Of a stretch of 64,000 nucleotides of DNA, positions 29,362 to 38,218 are shown piece after piece. The notes beneath the pieces are model-generated. The model made no database searches, was not told the DNA's origin, and saw only the letters and a program-made list of their open reading frames with translations. This DNA comes from Candidatus Nomurabacteria bacterium (GTDB taxonomy: Bacteria; Patescibacteriota; Minisyncoccia; Phycocordibacterales; UBA9973). A program made the translations under genes and the position numbers. The stretch covers positions 13,713-77,712 of the forward strand of contig JBPOHU010000001.1 in assembly GCA_052035195.1 (NCBI GenBank). The letters run 5' to 3'. Each line of letters starts with the position of its first letter. Positions within the stretch are counted from its first letter, which is position 1.

Positions 29362-31794
29362 GTGAAAAGTAATCATTTTAAAAATACACCAATAATCAAG
29401 ACTGTTACCCTTAGCATTTTATTGTTCGGAGCTTTTTTTGCAACGAATGTCTTCGCAACTGACACTTATATCCCAGGTGAAAGTATAGTTATTGGCGAGT
29501 TTATCTACAATGATGACTATACCCCAACTACTGATGACTGTACGATATCAGTGTATTCACCAGCGGGCGTTTCTCTTGTTAGTGAGGTGACAATGACAGA
29601 TGATGCTACTGGTTGGCATAGTTATTCTTACGGCACTCCTTTAGTAGAAGGGAAATACCCTACATTTATTACATGTGGCTCGCTTATAGGAGGCGACCTT
29701 CTAAAACTAGACAAATCTTTCATACTTAAAGCTCCGGTTGTTACTGATGCCTCTATTGCCTCATCTGTTTGGAGTAGTGCCTCTAGAACTCTGACATCTT
29801 TCGGTTCTCTTGTTTCTGATATATGGAGCTATAGCACTAGAACACTCTCATCTTTTGGAACACTTGCTTCAGATATTTGGAATGATACCTTTGCTCCAAC
29901 TCGAACACTTACAAGTAAAAATATAGCCGGAGGAGGATCTTTCGCAACAGAGAGTTATATTGATGCCTCACAATCAACAATTGTTACAGAAATCCAAACA
30001 AATAGAACTCTTATAAATGCCCTTAATAACATATCAGCTGCAGACGTTTGGACTTATGGAACTCGATCAACAAACTCTGGTAGTGTAAGTATAAATAATG
30101 CTTCAGTTGATGCAATTTGGGACAAGGCTTCTTCTAGTCTTACAACAACAGGTAGTGTAGGTAAATTAATTGTCGACAACCTTGATGCTCAAGTTTCAAC
30201 AAGGGGAACAAGTACTCTTACAGCGGGAGATGTATGGGCATCTGCAACAAGAACTCTTTCTTCTAGCGGGGTAGACGCTGTTTCTGCGGGTGTATGGGCT
30301 AATGCTGGGCGAACTCTTACTAGTTATGGTAATGACATAACTGCCGCTGATGTATGGAATACATTATCTTCATCACTTACTACTGTAGGGTCTATAGGTG
30401 AACAATTAGCAACAAATTCTGATGCTAAAACATCAGATGTAATCACAGCTATTGGAGCACTAAATAATATATCAGCCACAGATGTTTGGACTGCTGGTAC
30501 TAGAACTCTTACCTCTGGTGTAGATATTTCAAATTCTTCAATTTCTGCTATTTGGGATAAAGCAACATCTTCTCTTTCTACTTCCGGTAGTATAGGTAAA
30601 CTTGTTGTCGACAATCTCGATGCTCAAGTTTCAAGTCGAGGAACAGGTAACAGTAGCCTAACTGCTGCTGACGTTTGGTCATCAGCAACCCGAACACTTT
30701 CTGATTATTCTACTTCTGCTGTTGCTACGGCTGTGTGGGCAAATGCCACAAGGACTCTAACAAGTTATGGTAATGATATTACTGCCGCTGATGTTTGGAA
30801 TGTACTTTCGTCAACATTAACTACAGTAGGATCTATCGGAGAACAGGTTAAAACAAATCTTGATGCACCGGTATCTGCTATTGGTGGCTCAACAAACTGG
30901 TCTGTAAAGATGAGTAATGTTGAAAGAGTACAAACAGGTTATACATATAGAACAAAGGTTTTTATTTTGGATTCTAGTGCATCTCCGACTGCTCCTTTTG
31001 CTACACCTACTGTGACTCTCTACGATGTAGATCGTAATGTAGTAGTTTCAAATGTGTCTATGAACCTAATAAGCACAGGTGTTTATGAGTATACATATTT
31101 AGTAAATAACTCTGCAGCACAAGGACTATGGGAAGCAGTTATTTCTTCACAAGTAGAAAGTGGTAAAACAATACAAACGAATGATTATTTTGAAATAGCT
31201 GGGTCTCCAGCTCAGGTGCTTATCAATTCGGTTAATGCAACTAGTCCGTCATCAATTAGTGCAAATGTAACGATAACAAATGAAGGCTTAACTGGTTATG
31301 AATACCAGTATGAGTGGTGTATTGTCTCAAATTTAAATAACGATTGTGGGGGTAACGATGATGCTTATTATGCTTCAGCAGCTAAGTATATAAATCCTGC
31401 TGAGGACTGGAATACAGTTCTCACTGGGTCAGTTACAAATGCTGGAACATATTATTTCAAACTCGTTGTATATTTCGGTACTGAGAGTTCAGGGTCTTCT
31501 AGAGTCTTCACTGTAAATGCCTCTAATACTGGAGGCGGGGGTGGTGGAGGAGGCGGTGGCGGAGGCGGAGGAGGTAACACTCCACCATCTCCTGTAACAG
31601 AAAACAAGTCTTGCAATGGTGCAGATTTTAATAAAAATGGAGTAGTAGACTCCACTGATTTCTCAATATTGTTATATTATTGGAAGACCTCACCGCCTTT
31701 TAAAAACCCTTGTGTTGACATAAACTTGGATAAAAAAGTTGATTCAATAGATTTTTCAATTATGCTCTTCCAGTGGGGTAAAAAACCATTATAA
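29362..31794 (+). CDS. Secreted Trp-repeat protein with Ig-like domains, poly-Gly linker and C-terminal dockerin-like domain
   Basis: Sec signal ending VFA; many (A/D)(V/I)W...TRTL repeats; long Gly run; paired ADFNKNGVVDSTDF and VDINLDKKVDSIDF motifs. Confidence 0.8.
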   Translation: MKSNHFKNTPIIKTVTLSILLFGAFFATNVFATDTYIPGESIVIGEFIYNDDYTPTTDDCTISVYSPAGVSLVSEVTMTDDATGWHSYSYGTPLVEGKYPTFITCGSLIGGDLLKLDKSFILKAPVVTDASIASSVWSSASRTLTSFGSLVSDIWSYSTRTLSSFGTLASDIWNDTFAPTRTLTSKNIAGGGSFATESYIDASQSTIVTEIQTNRTLINALNNISAADVWTYGTRSTNSGSVSINNASVDAIWDKASSSLTTTGSVGKLIVDNLDAQVSTRGTSTLTAGDVWASATRTLSSSGVDAVSAGVWANAGRTLTSYGNDITAADVWNTLSSSLTTVGSIGEQLATNSDAKTSDVITAIGALNNISATDVWTAGTRTLTSGVDISNSSISAIWDKATSSLSTSGSIGKLVVDNLDAQVSSRGTGNSSLTAADVWSSATRTLSDYSTSAVATAVWANATRTLTSYGNDITAADVWNVLSSTLTTVGSIGEQVKTNLDAPVSAIGGSTNWSVKMSNVERVQTGYTYRTKVFILDSSASPTAPFATPTVTLYDVDRNVVVSNVSMNLISTGVYEYTYLVNNSAAQGLWEAVISSQVESGKTIQTNDYFEIAGSPAQVLINSVNATSPSSISANVTITNEGLTGYEYQYEWCIVSNLNNDCGGNDDAYYASAAKYINPAEDWNTVLTGSVTNAGTYYFKLVVYFGTESSGSSRVFTVNASNTGGGGGGGGGGGGGGGNTPPSPVTENKSCNGADFNKNGVVDSTDFSILLYYWKTSPPFKNPCVDINLDKKVDSIDFSIMLFQWGKKPL
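30022..30897 (+). repeat. Intragenic tandem duplication with 438-nt (146-aa) period
   Basis: LNNISA.DVW starts at 30022 and 30460; WDKA.SSL...GKL.VDNLDAQVS.RG and RTLTSYGNDITAADVWN recur in both units. Confidence 0.85.
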
Positions 31795-31805
31795 AATATA
31801 AAAAA

Positions 31806-32714
31806 ATGAAATACCAAAATTTTTTCCCAGCCTTTATTCTATTTTTAACAACTTTTTTGTTTGTTGTTATTTTATTACCTCAAAGTAGTTACGCCGCTTA
31901 CATTAATGCTTCTGCTGAAAGTAGTATTTCTGCTGGAGATATTAGTATTATAAATATCTATTTAAATACTGAAGGCCAAGAAATCAACTCTCTCGAAGGA
32001 ACGATATCACTTTCAGACAATCGTGATAGTAATTTTGAGGTTAAAGACATTTCTCTTGTTAATTCAGTATTTAGTATGTGGCCACGCAAACCTTCTTTAA
32101 CCACGGGGCATAATATTACGTTTATCGGCGGGGTACCTGGTGGTGTAAAAGGTGACAGACTTTTAATCTTCTCAGCTTTTGTAAAAATAAATAGTCCAGG
32201 TAGTTTTGTTATAAGTCCAAGAGTAATCACTGCTTATAAAAATGATGGTTTAGCAACGGCTATTTCAATCACCAAAGACATTTCAACTATTAATGTTAGT
32301 TCTGCGGGTTCTTCACAAAAGAACGCTTTAGAGGAAGTTATTTCAAACGATAACATAGCCCCAGACCCTTTTAATGTAAGCCTTATAAAAGACCCAAACC
32401 TTTATGACAATAAAAAGTTTATTAATTTTGAAACAAATGATGGGCAATCAGGAATAAGTCATTATGAAGTAAGAGAGGGGAGTTACCCAGCTGTTAGAAG
32501 TGGTACTTCTTATATTCTTGTTGATCAAAACAAAAAAGCTAATGTCGTTGTTACTGCATATGATAAGGCTGGAAATTTTCAAGTTGTTAGCTTCAAAGAA
32601 AAACAACCTATTCGCTGGTTAACTGTCTTTACTTCTGTCATAATTATATTAGTAATAAATAAAATAGTTAAAAATAAAATTAAAAGAAGAAGCAATGCAA
32701 AAATACTGCAATAG
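31806..32714 (+). CDS. Cohesin-like domain protein with C-terminal TM anchor
   Basis: Signal peptide; GD...INIYLNTEGQEINSLEG...SVFSMW...FIGGVPGG; Ig-like D..AP..F...AYDKAGN; TM then basic tail. Confidence 0.7.
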   Translation: MKYQNFFPAFILFLTTFLFVVILLPQSSYAAYINASAESSISAGDISIINIYLNTEGQEINSLEGTISLSDNRDSNFEVKDISLVNSVFSMWPRKPSLTTGHNITFIGGVPGGVKGDRLLIFSAFVKINSPGSFVISPRVITAYKNDGLATAISITKDISTINVSSAGSSQKNALEEVISNDNIAPDPFNVSLIKDPNLYDNKKFINFETNDGQSGISHYEVREGSYPAVRSGTSYILVDQNKKANVVVTAYDKAGNFQVVSFKEKQPIRWLTVFTSVIIILVINKIVKNKIKRRSNAKILQ

Positions 32715-34410
32715 TTTAAGTTTTCTAAAAAGAATATCTGTTCTGATATTTATTTTTTGTATTTTATTGCCTATAAATAAAGTTGAGGCTGCTACTCTTT
32801 CTTTTTCTCCGAGCTCTACAACTGTTTCTGAAGGAAATATTGTTTCAATAAAAGTTGTAACAAATACTCTCGGCAAGTCAGTTAATAATGCAGAAGCTAC
32901 AATACAGTTTCCAACTGATTTACTCGAGGTTGTATCTGTTAATAAGAGCAATTCAATTTTTTCTTTGTGGGTGGAAGAACCTAAATTTTCTAACGCAGCA
33001 GGTACAGTATCGTTTAATGGTGGAGTTTCAAACCCAGGGTATACAGGTAGTAACGGCACGCTTGCTACTATTACCTTTAAAGCAAAGAAATCAGGCGTAG
33101 CCACCGTACTTTTTGCTGATGCAGCTGTCAGAGAAAACGATGGGCTAGGTACTGACATTATCTCTGGTAGGGGTACAAGTGTGATTCAGATTGGTAATCC
33201 AAAAGAAACTGAAACTCCAACTCCTGCCACTCCTACAACTACTACAAAATCTGTTAAGCCTATTGTGACTTCTGATACACATCCAGACCAAAACACATGG
33301 TATTCAAATAGCACCGCGTCTTTCAATTGGAAAACTCCTTCTGGTGTTAATTCTGTTCAAGCTTTTACAAACAGAATTCCAGAATCAGTTCCGACCACTA
33401 CTTATGATAGCTCTGTTACCCAAAAAACACTGACAGAACTTCCTGACGGCACTTTTTATTTCCATATTAGATATTCCGGCTCAAATGGTTGGGGTCCTAT
33501 AACTCACTACAAAATAAAAGTTGATACCAAGGCCCCAGAGGCTTTCACACCAACAATTAAAACCGTTGGCAATCAAAGTATTATTGAATTAAAAGCTGAA
33601 GACTTAACTTCTGGTATAGATTATTACACTCTAAAAATAGATGAAGGTGATATTTTAAACATCAAAAAAGACGATTTAATAAATTCTGAGTACATTCTCC
33701 CTGTTCTAGCTCAAGGAGATCATGTTGTAACTGTTGTAGCTTATGATAAAGCAGGTAACCATACAGAAGCTACCACAAACTTTACTAGCTCTTTTATTAC
33801 CCCTCCTTCAATATCTCTAAGTTCTTCAGAAGTTAAAAAAGGAGATCCAGTAATTATTTTTGGTAAAAGTGATTATCCAAACAAACAAGTTGAAATAATT
33901 TTTGAACTATCTGGAATACAAATCAAAAAATACATAGGAACAACTTCTGATGACGGCTCTTTCTCAGTAACTGTCGAAAATGTTAGAAAAGTTGGACTTA
34001 TAAAAGTATCAGCAAAAAATATTTTATCTGATTCAGTAAAAAGCCAAGCTTCTGAAAGTCTAGATTTGAGAGTTCTCAAGAGTGATTTTGCCAAAGTCAC
34101 AGTGACATTATTCTGGGTAGTTTTGGCAGTCGCCTTATTAGTACTATTGTTGATAGTTTTGTACATTGGTTGGTACAAGTTCTTGTCACTCAAAAAGAAA
34201 AATAAATCAAAATTACAAAATGCAATAGAAGATGCCCATAGAGCAGTGGTTCTTTTGAAAGAGGAGCTAAATGATCAGCTTGCAGAACTCGAAAAGGTTC
34301 GTGTTGATAGAGAATTAAATAAAAATGAAGAAATGGTATTTAAAGAAATTCAAAAAAATGTAGATGACGTAGATAAGTTTATTGAAAAGAAACTCAAAAA
34401 GTTACTTTAG
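32695..34410 (+). CDS. Cohesin-like domain protein with Ig-like domains, TM anchor and cytoplasmic coiled coil
   Basis: ATLSFSPSS.TV..G...NNAEA.I.FP.DLLEVVSV...SIFSLW...F.GG...LATITFKAK..G.A. Confidence 0.75.
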   Translation: MQKYCNSLSFLKRISVLIFIFCILLPINKVEAATLSFSPSSTTVSEGNIVSIKVVTNTLGKSVNNAEATIQFPTDLLEVVSVNKSNSIFSLWVEEPKFSNAAGTVSFNGGVSNPGYTGSNGTLATITFKAKKSGVATVLFADAAVRENDGLGTDIISGRGTSVIQIGNPKETETPTPATPTTTTKSVKPIVTSDTHPDQNTWYSNSTASFNWKTPSGVNSVQAFTNRIPESVPTTTYDSSVTQKTLTELPDGTFYFHIRYSGSNGWGPITHYKIKVDTKAPEAFTPTIKTVGNQSIIELKAEDLTSGIDYYTLKIDEGDILNIKKDDLINSEYILPVLAQGDHVVTVVAYDKAGNHTEATTNFTSSFITPPSISLSSSEVKKGDPVIIFGKSDYPNKQVEIIFELSGIQIKKYIGTTSDDGSFSVTVENVRKVGLIKVSAKNILSDSVKSQASESLDLRVLKSDFAKVTVTLFWVVLAVALLVLLLIVLYIGWYKFLSLKKKNKSKLQNAIEDAHRAVVLLKEELNDQLAELEKVRVDRELNKNEEMVFKEIQKNVDDVDKFIEKKLKKLL

Positions 34411-34448
34411 ATGACTTTTTAGGCTTATTTTGATATAGTGTTTTGACT

Positions 34449-35450
34449 ATGGGACTATCTATCGGAATTGTTGGACTACCAAATGTAGGGAAATCAACCC
34501 TCTTTAATGCACTTACTAAAAAGGGTGTACCAGCTGAAAACTACCCTTTTTGTACTATTGATCCATCTGTCGGTATTGTGCCTGTGCCAGATGAAAGACT
34601 TTATAAGCTCGCTGATTTCTCAAAGACAGAGCGTACTATTCCTGCAGCTATAGAGTTTGTAGATATTGCAGGCCTTGTTGCTGGGGCTAGTAAGGGAGAA
34701 GGTTTGGGAAATAAATTCCTCGCAAATATCAGGGAGACTGACGCAATACTTCATATGGTGCGCGTTTTTGAAGACAAGGACGTTATACACGTAGCAAATA
34801 AGGTTGATCCACTATTTGATATCGGTGTTATCAATCTAGAGCTTATTTTGGCTGATTTAGAGACTGTTAATAAACGACTTGAAACAAATGCCAAAGATCA
34901 AAAGCGCGGAGTAAAAGAAGCCGTCATACTCCACGAGGCTTTGGAGAAAATAAAAACTGCGCTCGAAAATGAAGTTATGGCTCATACTGTATCACTCGAA
35001 GATATAGAGAAGCCTCTTGTTGCTCAGCTTAATCTACTGACCATGAAGCCTATGCTTTATGCACTCAACACTTCTTCTGCTAGTGAAAATAAAATACAAG
35101 ATGTTATAAAAGAATTACCTGGTCCATATGTAGAGATAGACCCTGTCTTTGAGACAGGTTTTGATGAAATGATAAAAGCTTGTTATAAGCTTTTGAACCT
35201 TGAGACGTATTTTACTACTGGGGTACAAGAGACTCGTGCTTGGACTATTAAGATAGGTAGTACTGCTCCTATTGCAGGTACCGCTATACATACTGATTTT
35301 AAAGATAAATTCATCCGTGCTGAGGTTGTATTTTGGAAAGACCTACTTGACGCTGGAAGCTATGCTGAAGCGCGTAATAAGGGCCTTGTAAGAACAGAAG
35401 GGAAGGAATACATAGTCAAAGACGGGGATGTGATAGAGTTCAGAATCTAG
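34449..35450 (+). CDS. ychF: Ribosome-binding ATPase YchF
   Basis: GIVGLPNVGKSTLFNALT, NYPFCTI, DIAGLV, EGKEYIVKDGD. Confidence 0.97.
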   Translation: MGLSIGIVGLPNVGKSTLFNALTKKGVPAENYPFCTIDPSVGIVPVPDERLYKLADFSKTERTIPAAIEFVDIAGLVAGASKGEGLGNKFLANIRETDAILHMVRVFEDKDVIHVANKVDPLFDIGVINLELILADLETVNKRLETNAKDQKRGVKEAVILHEALEKIKTALENEVMAHTVSLEDIEKPLVAQLNLLTMKPMLYALNTSSASENKIQDVIKELPGPYVEIDPVFETGFDEMIKACYKLLNLETYFTTGVQETRAWTIKIGSTAPIAGTAIHTDFKDKFIRAEVVFWKDLLDAGSYAEARNKGLVRTEGKEYIVKDGDVIEFRI

Positions 35451-35584
35451 GAAAATAAAAAAATCCCCGAATCAGCCTAAGCTTCTTCAGGGACTCTTAT
35501 TATAGCATATTTGTATACAAAATAGCAGATTATCTATATTTGTCAAGTAGAAAAATGGAAGTGTTATTAAGTTTAGAATATAGC

Positions 35585-35613
35585 TTGACTTTGACATAAA
35601 AAGGTGCTATAAT
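35585..35613 (+). promoter_or_regulatory. Sigma70-type promoter
   Basis: TTGACT-17 nt-TATAAT with TGn extension. Confidence 0.7.
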
Positions 35614-35639
35614 GTATTTAAATCAAATCCTTAATAGTT

Positions 35640-35786
35640 ATGAAGAATATTATTTTTAACCAAGAAGGCAAGCTTACAAAGTTTGCATTTTGGACTACGG
35701 TTTTAGTAATAGTTGCTGCTATTTATTTCCTTTTAGGAGGTGCCTTAGGCGCTCTTCAGGAAGGAGTACCTATCAGAGCAAAATAA
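35640..35786 (+). CDS. 48-aa single-TM protein with own promoter and terminator (not in ORF track)
   Basis: MKNIIFNQEGKLTKFAFWTTVLVIVAAIYFLLGGALGALQEGVPIRAK; hairpin accccgga...tccggggt follows. Confidence 0.6.
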   Translation: MKNIIFNQEGKLTKFAFWTTVLVIVAAIYFLLGGALGALQEGVPIRAK

Positions 35787-35817
35787 AAAAATAAAACACC
35801 CCGGATTAATTCCGGGG

Positions 35818-36321
35818 TTATTTTTTTAATTGCTCTATTTCTTTTTGAAGCTGTGTCAGGATAGTTTGGATAGCAGATATAGCATTGGCTTCTTTGGCCT
35901 CTATTTTTTGGTCTTCGGTGCTGTCTTCTTCGATATCTTCAATGTCTTCTTGAATCTCATCCACATCTTTCTGAATCTCATCCACATCTTTTTCAATCTC
36001 TTCAACACCTTCCTCAATCTCCTCAATATCTTCTTGGATTTCTTCCACGTCTTCTTGAATGATTTCGATGTCTTTGGTGTTTTTGTTAACTGACATTTGT
36101 ATAAAGATAGCTAGATATATTGCTTCGAGAGATAGAAGGGTAGTTAGTACTAGTAACACTCTTTCAAGGCTAATACCAAAAAGAGGAAGACTAAAAGCTC
36201 CTAAAAATAAAATAGTGTGGACTATTAAGCTACGAGTAGAGCCTATCCAGCGCGTAGCTTTGTCAGCACTTTTTTCTAATAAGGCAATATTTTGATATAA
36301 TAAAATATATGGAAAAAACAC
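35818..36321 (-). CDS. DUF1003-like membrane protein with acidic heptad repeats
   Basis: WIGS..SL.VHT...LLSLEAIYLAIFIQMSVN then (E/D)EIQ(E/K)D(V/I) repeats; start uncertain (GTG 36321 overlaps the next gene). Confidence 0.7.
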   Translation of the reverse strand: MFFPYILLYQNIALLEKSADKATRWIGSTRSLIVHTILFLGAFSLPLFGISLERVLLVLTTLLSLEAIYLAIFIQMSVNKNTKDIEIIQEDVEEIQEDIEEIEEGVEEIEKDVDEIQKDVDEIQEDIEDIEEDSTEDQKIEAKEANAISAIQTILTQLQKEIEQLKK

Positions 36322-37376
36322 CAGAAGGGATAAATGAATCTAGTCAGCAAGAAAACAGAATTGAAAAAATTGTTACCCATGAGGGTTTTTTTCATACTGA
36401 CGAGGTGTTTGCCACCGCAATTTTGAAAGATTTGTTTCCAGAGTCAATGGAATTAAAAGATGGTGGTAAGGCCGATTTTGTTAAATATTTGAGAACTAGA
36501 GATAAGGGGACTATATCTCGATACAAAGAATCACCTTCTACTTTACTAACTGATGTTGGAGGTGAATATGATTTTGAAAATTTTAATATGGATCATCATC
36601 AGATCGAAGGAGCTGGAGCAAGAGAAAATGGTATTAAATACGCTGCAGCAGGTTTGGTATGGAAGCATTTTGGTAAGGAGTGGATAAAGTATGTAGATGT
36701 TTATTCTCGTCGCTTAAATATGTCAGAAGAAGAAATAGACTTTGTTTGGGGGCAGGTTGACGAAACATATGTTCAATTTTTTGATAGTAGTGATACAGGG
36801 CAAATGGAGAGTATTACGTGTGAACTTAAGGACGGAACAGAGCTTAATGGCAAGCCGTTCTCTTTTAGTGAAATAATCAGGCTTTATAATATTGATGTTG
36901 GGGATGGTAGTAAACATCAAAAACGTTTTGACTTAGCTGTAGAAGTAATGAGAACCTCTATGCTTTCAATTGCCTATAAGTATATGCAGATGATTGAAGG
37001 TTTGAGAAAATTTAATCTTGAAAAGTGTGAATTTATTTCAAACGGAAGGGCTGTTATTATTAATCAGGATGTTGGATCAGAGGTGTCTTCATATGTACTA
37101 GATAAGCAAGAAGAATTTAAAAAAGTTGAGTATTACGCAGTACGAAACTTTAAAGATAATTACACTATTTTAGTTGCTCCTGTTGAGAGAGGTCAAAGAA
37201 AGTACCGTAATCCAAATGCAATTCCAGTCGAATTAAGACTCGCTGATAATGTAGAAGAAATTAATAAACTTATTGGAGTAGAAAAAGGTGTTATTTTTTC
37301 ACATACAGCAGGTTTTATGGCCTCATGTAAAGATTTAGAAACTGCTCGAAAATTTTTAGAGTATTGCACAAAATAA
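36309..37376 (+). CDS. MYG1-family (UPF0160, DHH-like) nuclease
   Basis: THEGFFHTDEV, RTRD, DVGGEYD, DHHQ, AAGLVWKHFG, FSHTAGF. Confidence 0.85.
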   Translation: MEKTPEGINESSQQENRIEKIVTHEGFFHTDEVFATAILKDLFPESMELKDGGKADFVKYLRTRDKGTISRYKESPSTLLTDVGGEYDFENFNMDHHQIEGAGARENGIKYAAAGLVWKHFGKEWIKYVDVYSRRLNMSEEEIDFVWGQVDETYVQFFDSSDTGQMESITCELKDGTELNGKPFSFSEIIRLYNIDVGDGSKHQKRFDLAVEVMRTSMLSIAYKYMQMIEGLRKFNLEKCEFISNGRAVIINQDVGSEVSSYVLDKQEEFKKVEYYAVRNFKDNYTILVAPVERGQRKYRNPNAIPVELRLADNVEEINKLIGVEKGVIFSHTAGFMASCKDLETARKFLEYCTK

Positions 37377-37428
37377 AATAACCCATAAAGAAATTGTCAT
37401 TAGACTTTTTCTTTATGGGTATGAATGT

Positions 37429-38019
37429 TTAAGCGGTTTTTTGTCCGTACCTTTTTTTGAATTTATCAATCTGTGAACTACCGTAAGGGCTGGTCACTTT
37501 TTGATTACCGGCTTCAACTTTGGGGTTTTTAGCCGGGGTAGGGGCTTGGTTGGAAGGATTAGGAGCAGGCTGGTTGTTTTTTTTATCCTTATTTTCATTT
37601 CGGATATTTTTCTTGAGCAAATTCAGCTTCTTACTGAGCTCAGGGTTTTCCTTCATTGTAGAGGTGCCCTTCCTGAGTGCCATTGCTTTCTGAAAGACCT
37701 TTTTCCTTTCGATCGGGTTTTGCAGTTTGAGACAAAGCGCAACAGCCATTTCGAACCTTTCAGGGTCATTTTTTTCATTCAGCTCCCTGGTTACCACTTC
37801 GGGATTACCTTTTTTCCACATTTTTTCTGCCCACAGGAACTCATCGTACCCTTCTTTGTGATCTTCAAGGGTGTGTTCGTTGTGGGTTTTTCCAATATGC
37901 AGATCGCCAGTCGGTGTCATGTAGAAATGCATGTCGCCTCTGTCATAGAATTCAATCCAGATGCGTGTATTACCTGATGTGCTGGGATAAAGCCCAACCA
38001 CTCTTTTAATTCTTGCCAT
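37429..38019 (-). CDS. Hypothetical protein (orphan-like) with own promoter
   Basis: 196-aa ORF; minus-strand TTGACA-17-TACAAT at 38146-38118; terminator-like hairpin near 37381-37420. Confidence 0.65.
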   Translation of the reverse strand: MARIKRVVGLYPSTSGNTRIWIEFYDRGDMHFYMTPTGDLHIGKTHNEHTLEDHKEGYDEFLWAEKMWKKGNPEVVTRELNEKNDPERFEMAVALCLKLQNPIERKKVFQKAMALRKGTSTMKENPELSKKLNLLKKNIRNENKDKKNNQPAPNPSNQAPTPAKNPKVEAGNQKVTSPYGSSQIDKFKKRYGQKTA

Positions 38020-38029
38020 ATTATTGGGG

Positions 38030-38092
38030 GTTTTAATTGTTTACCAAAAACCTTAGGATGTTAGTCTAGAATCTTTGGTAAACAATTAAAAC
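38030..38092 (-). promoter_or_regulatory. 19-bp perfect inverted repeat in the 5' leader of the 196-aa gene
   Basis: gttttaattgtttaccaaa (38030-38048) and tttggtaaacaattaaaac (38074-38092). Confidence 0.8.
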
Positions 38093-38218
38093 TCCTTTCA
38101 AAGAACCTTATATTAATATTGTAGCATAATAGAGTAACTATGTCAAGTAGTATTAATATACTTATAAAATAAGGCTAATTGTGTAAATACTTTATTATTA
38201 GTAAACTAAAAGAGACTT

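Noticed and set aside
31531-31576. GGN microsatellite as a phase-variation tract
   Set aside because: Mixed Gly codons in frame encode an ordinary linker before the dockerin.
23718-34410. Intact prophage
   Set aside because: No integrase, terminase, portal, capsid or replication genes.
35932-36070. 21-nt tandem repeats as a non-coding array
   Set aside because: They encode acidic heptads within the DUF1003-like CDS.
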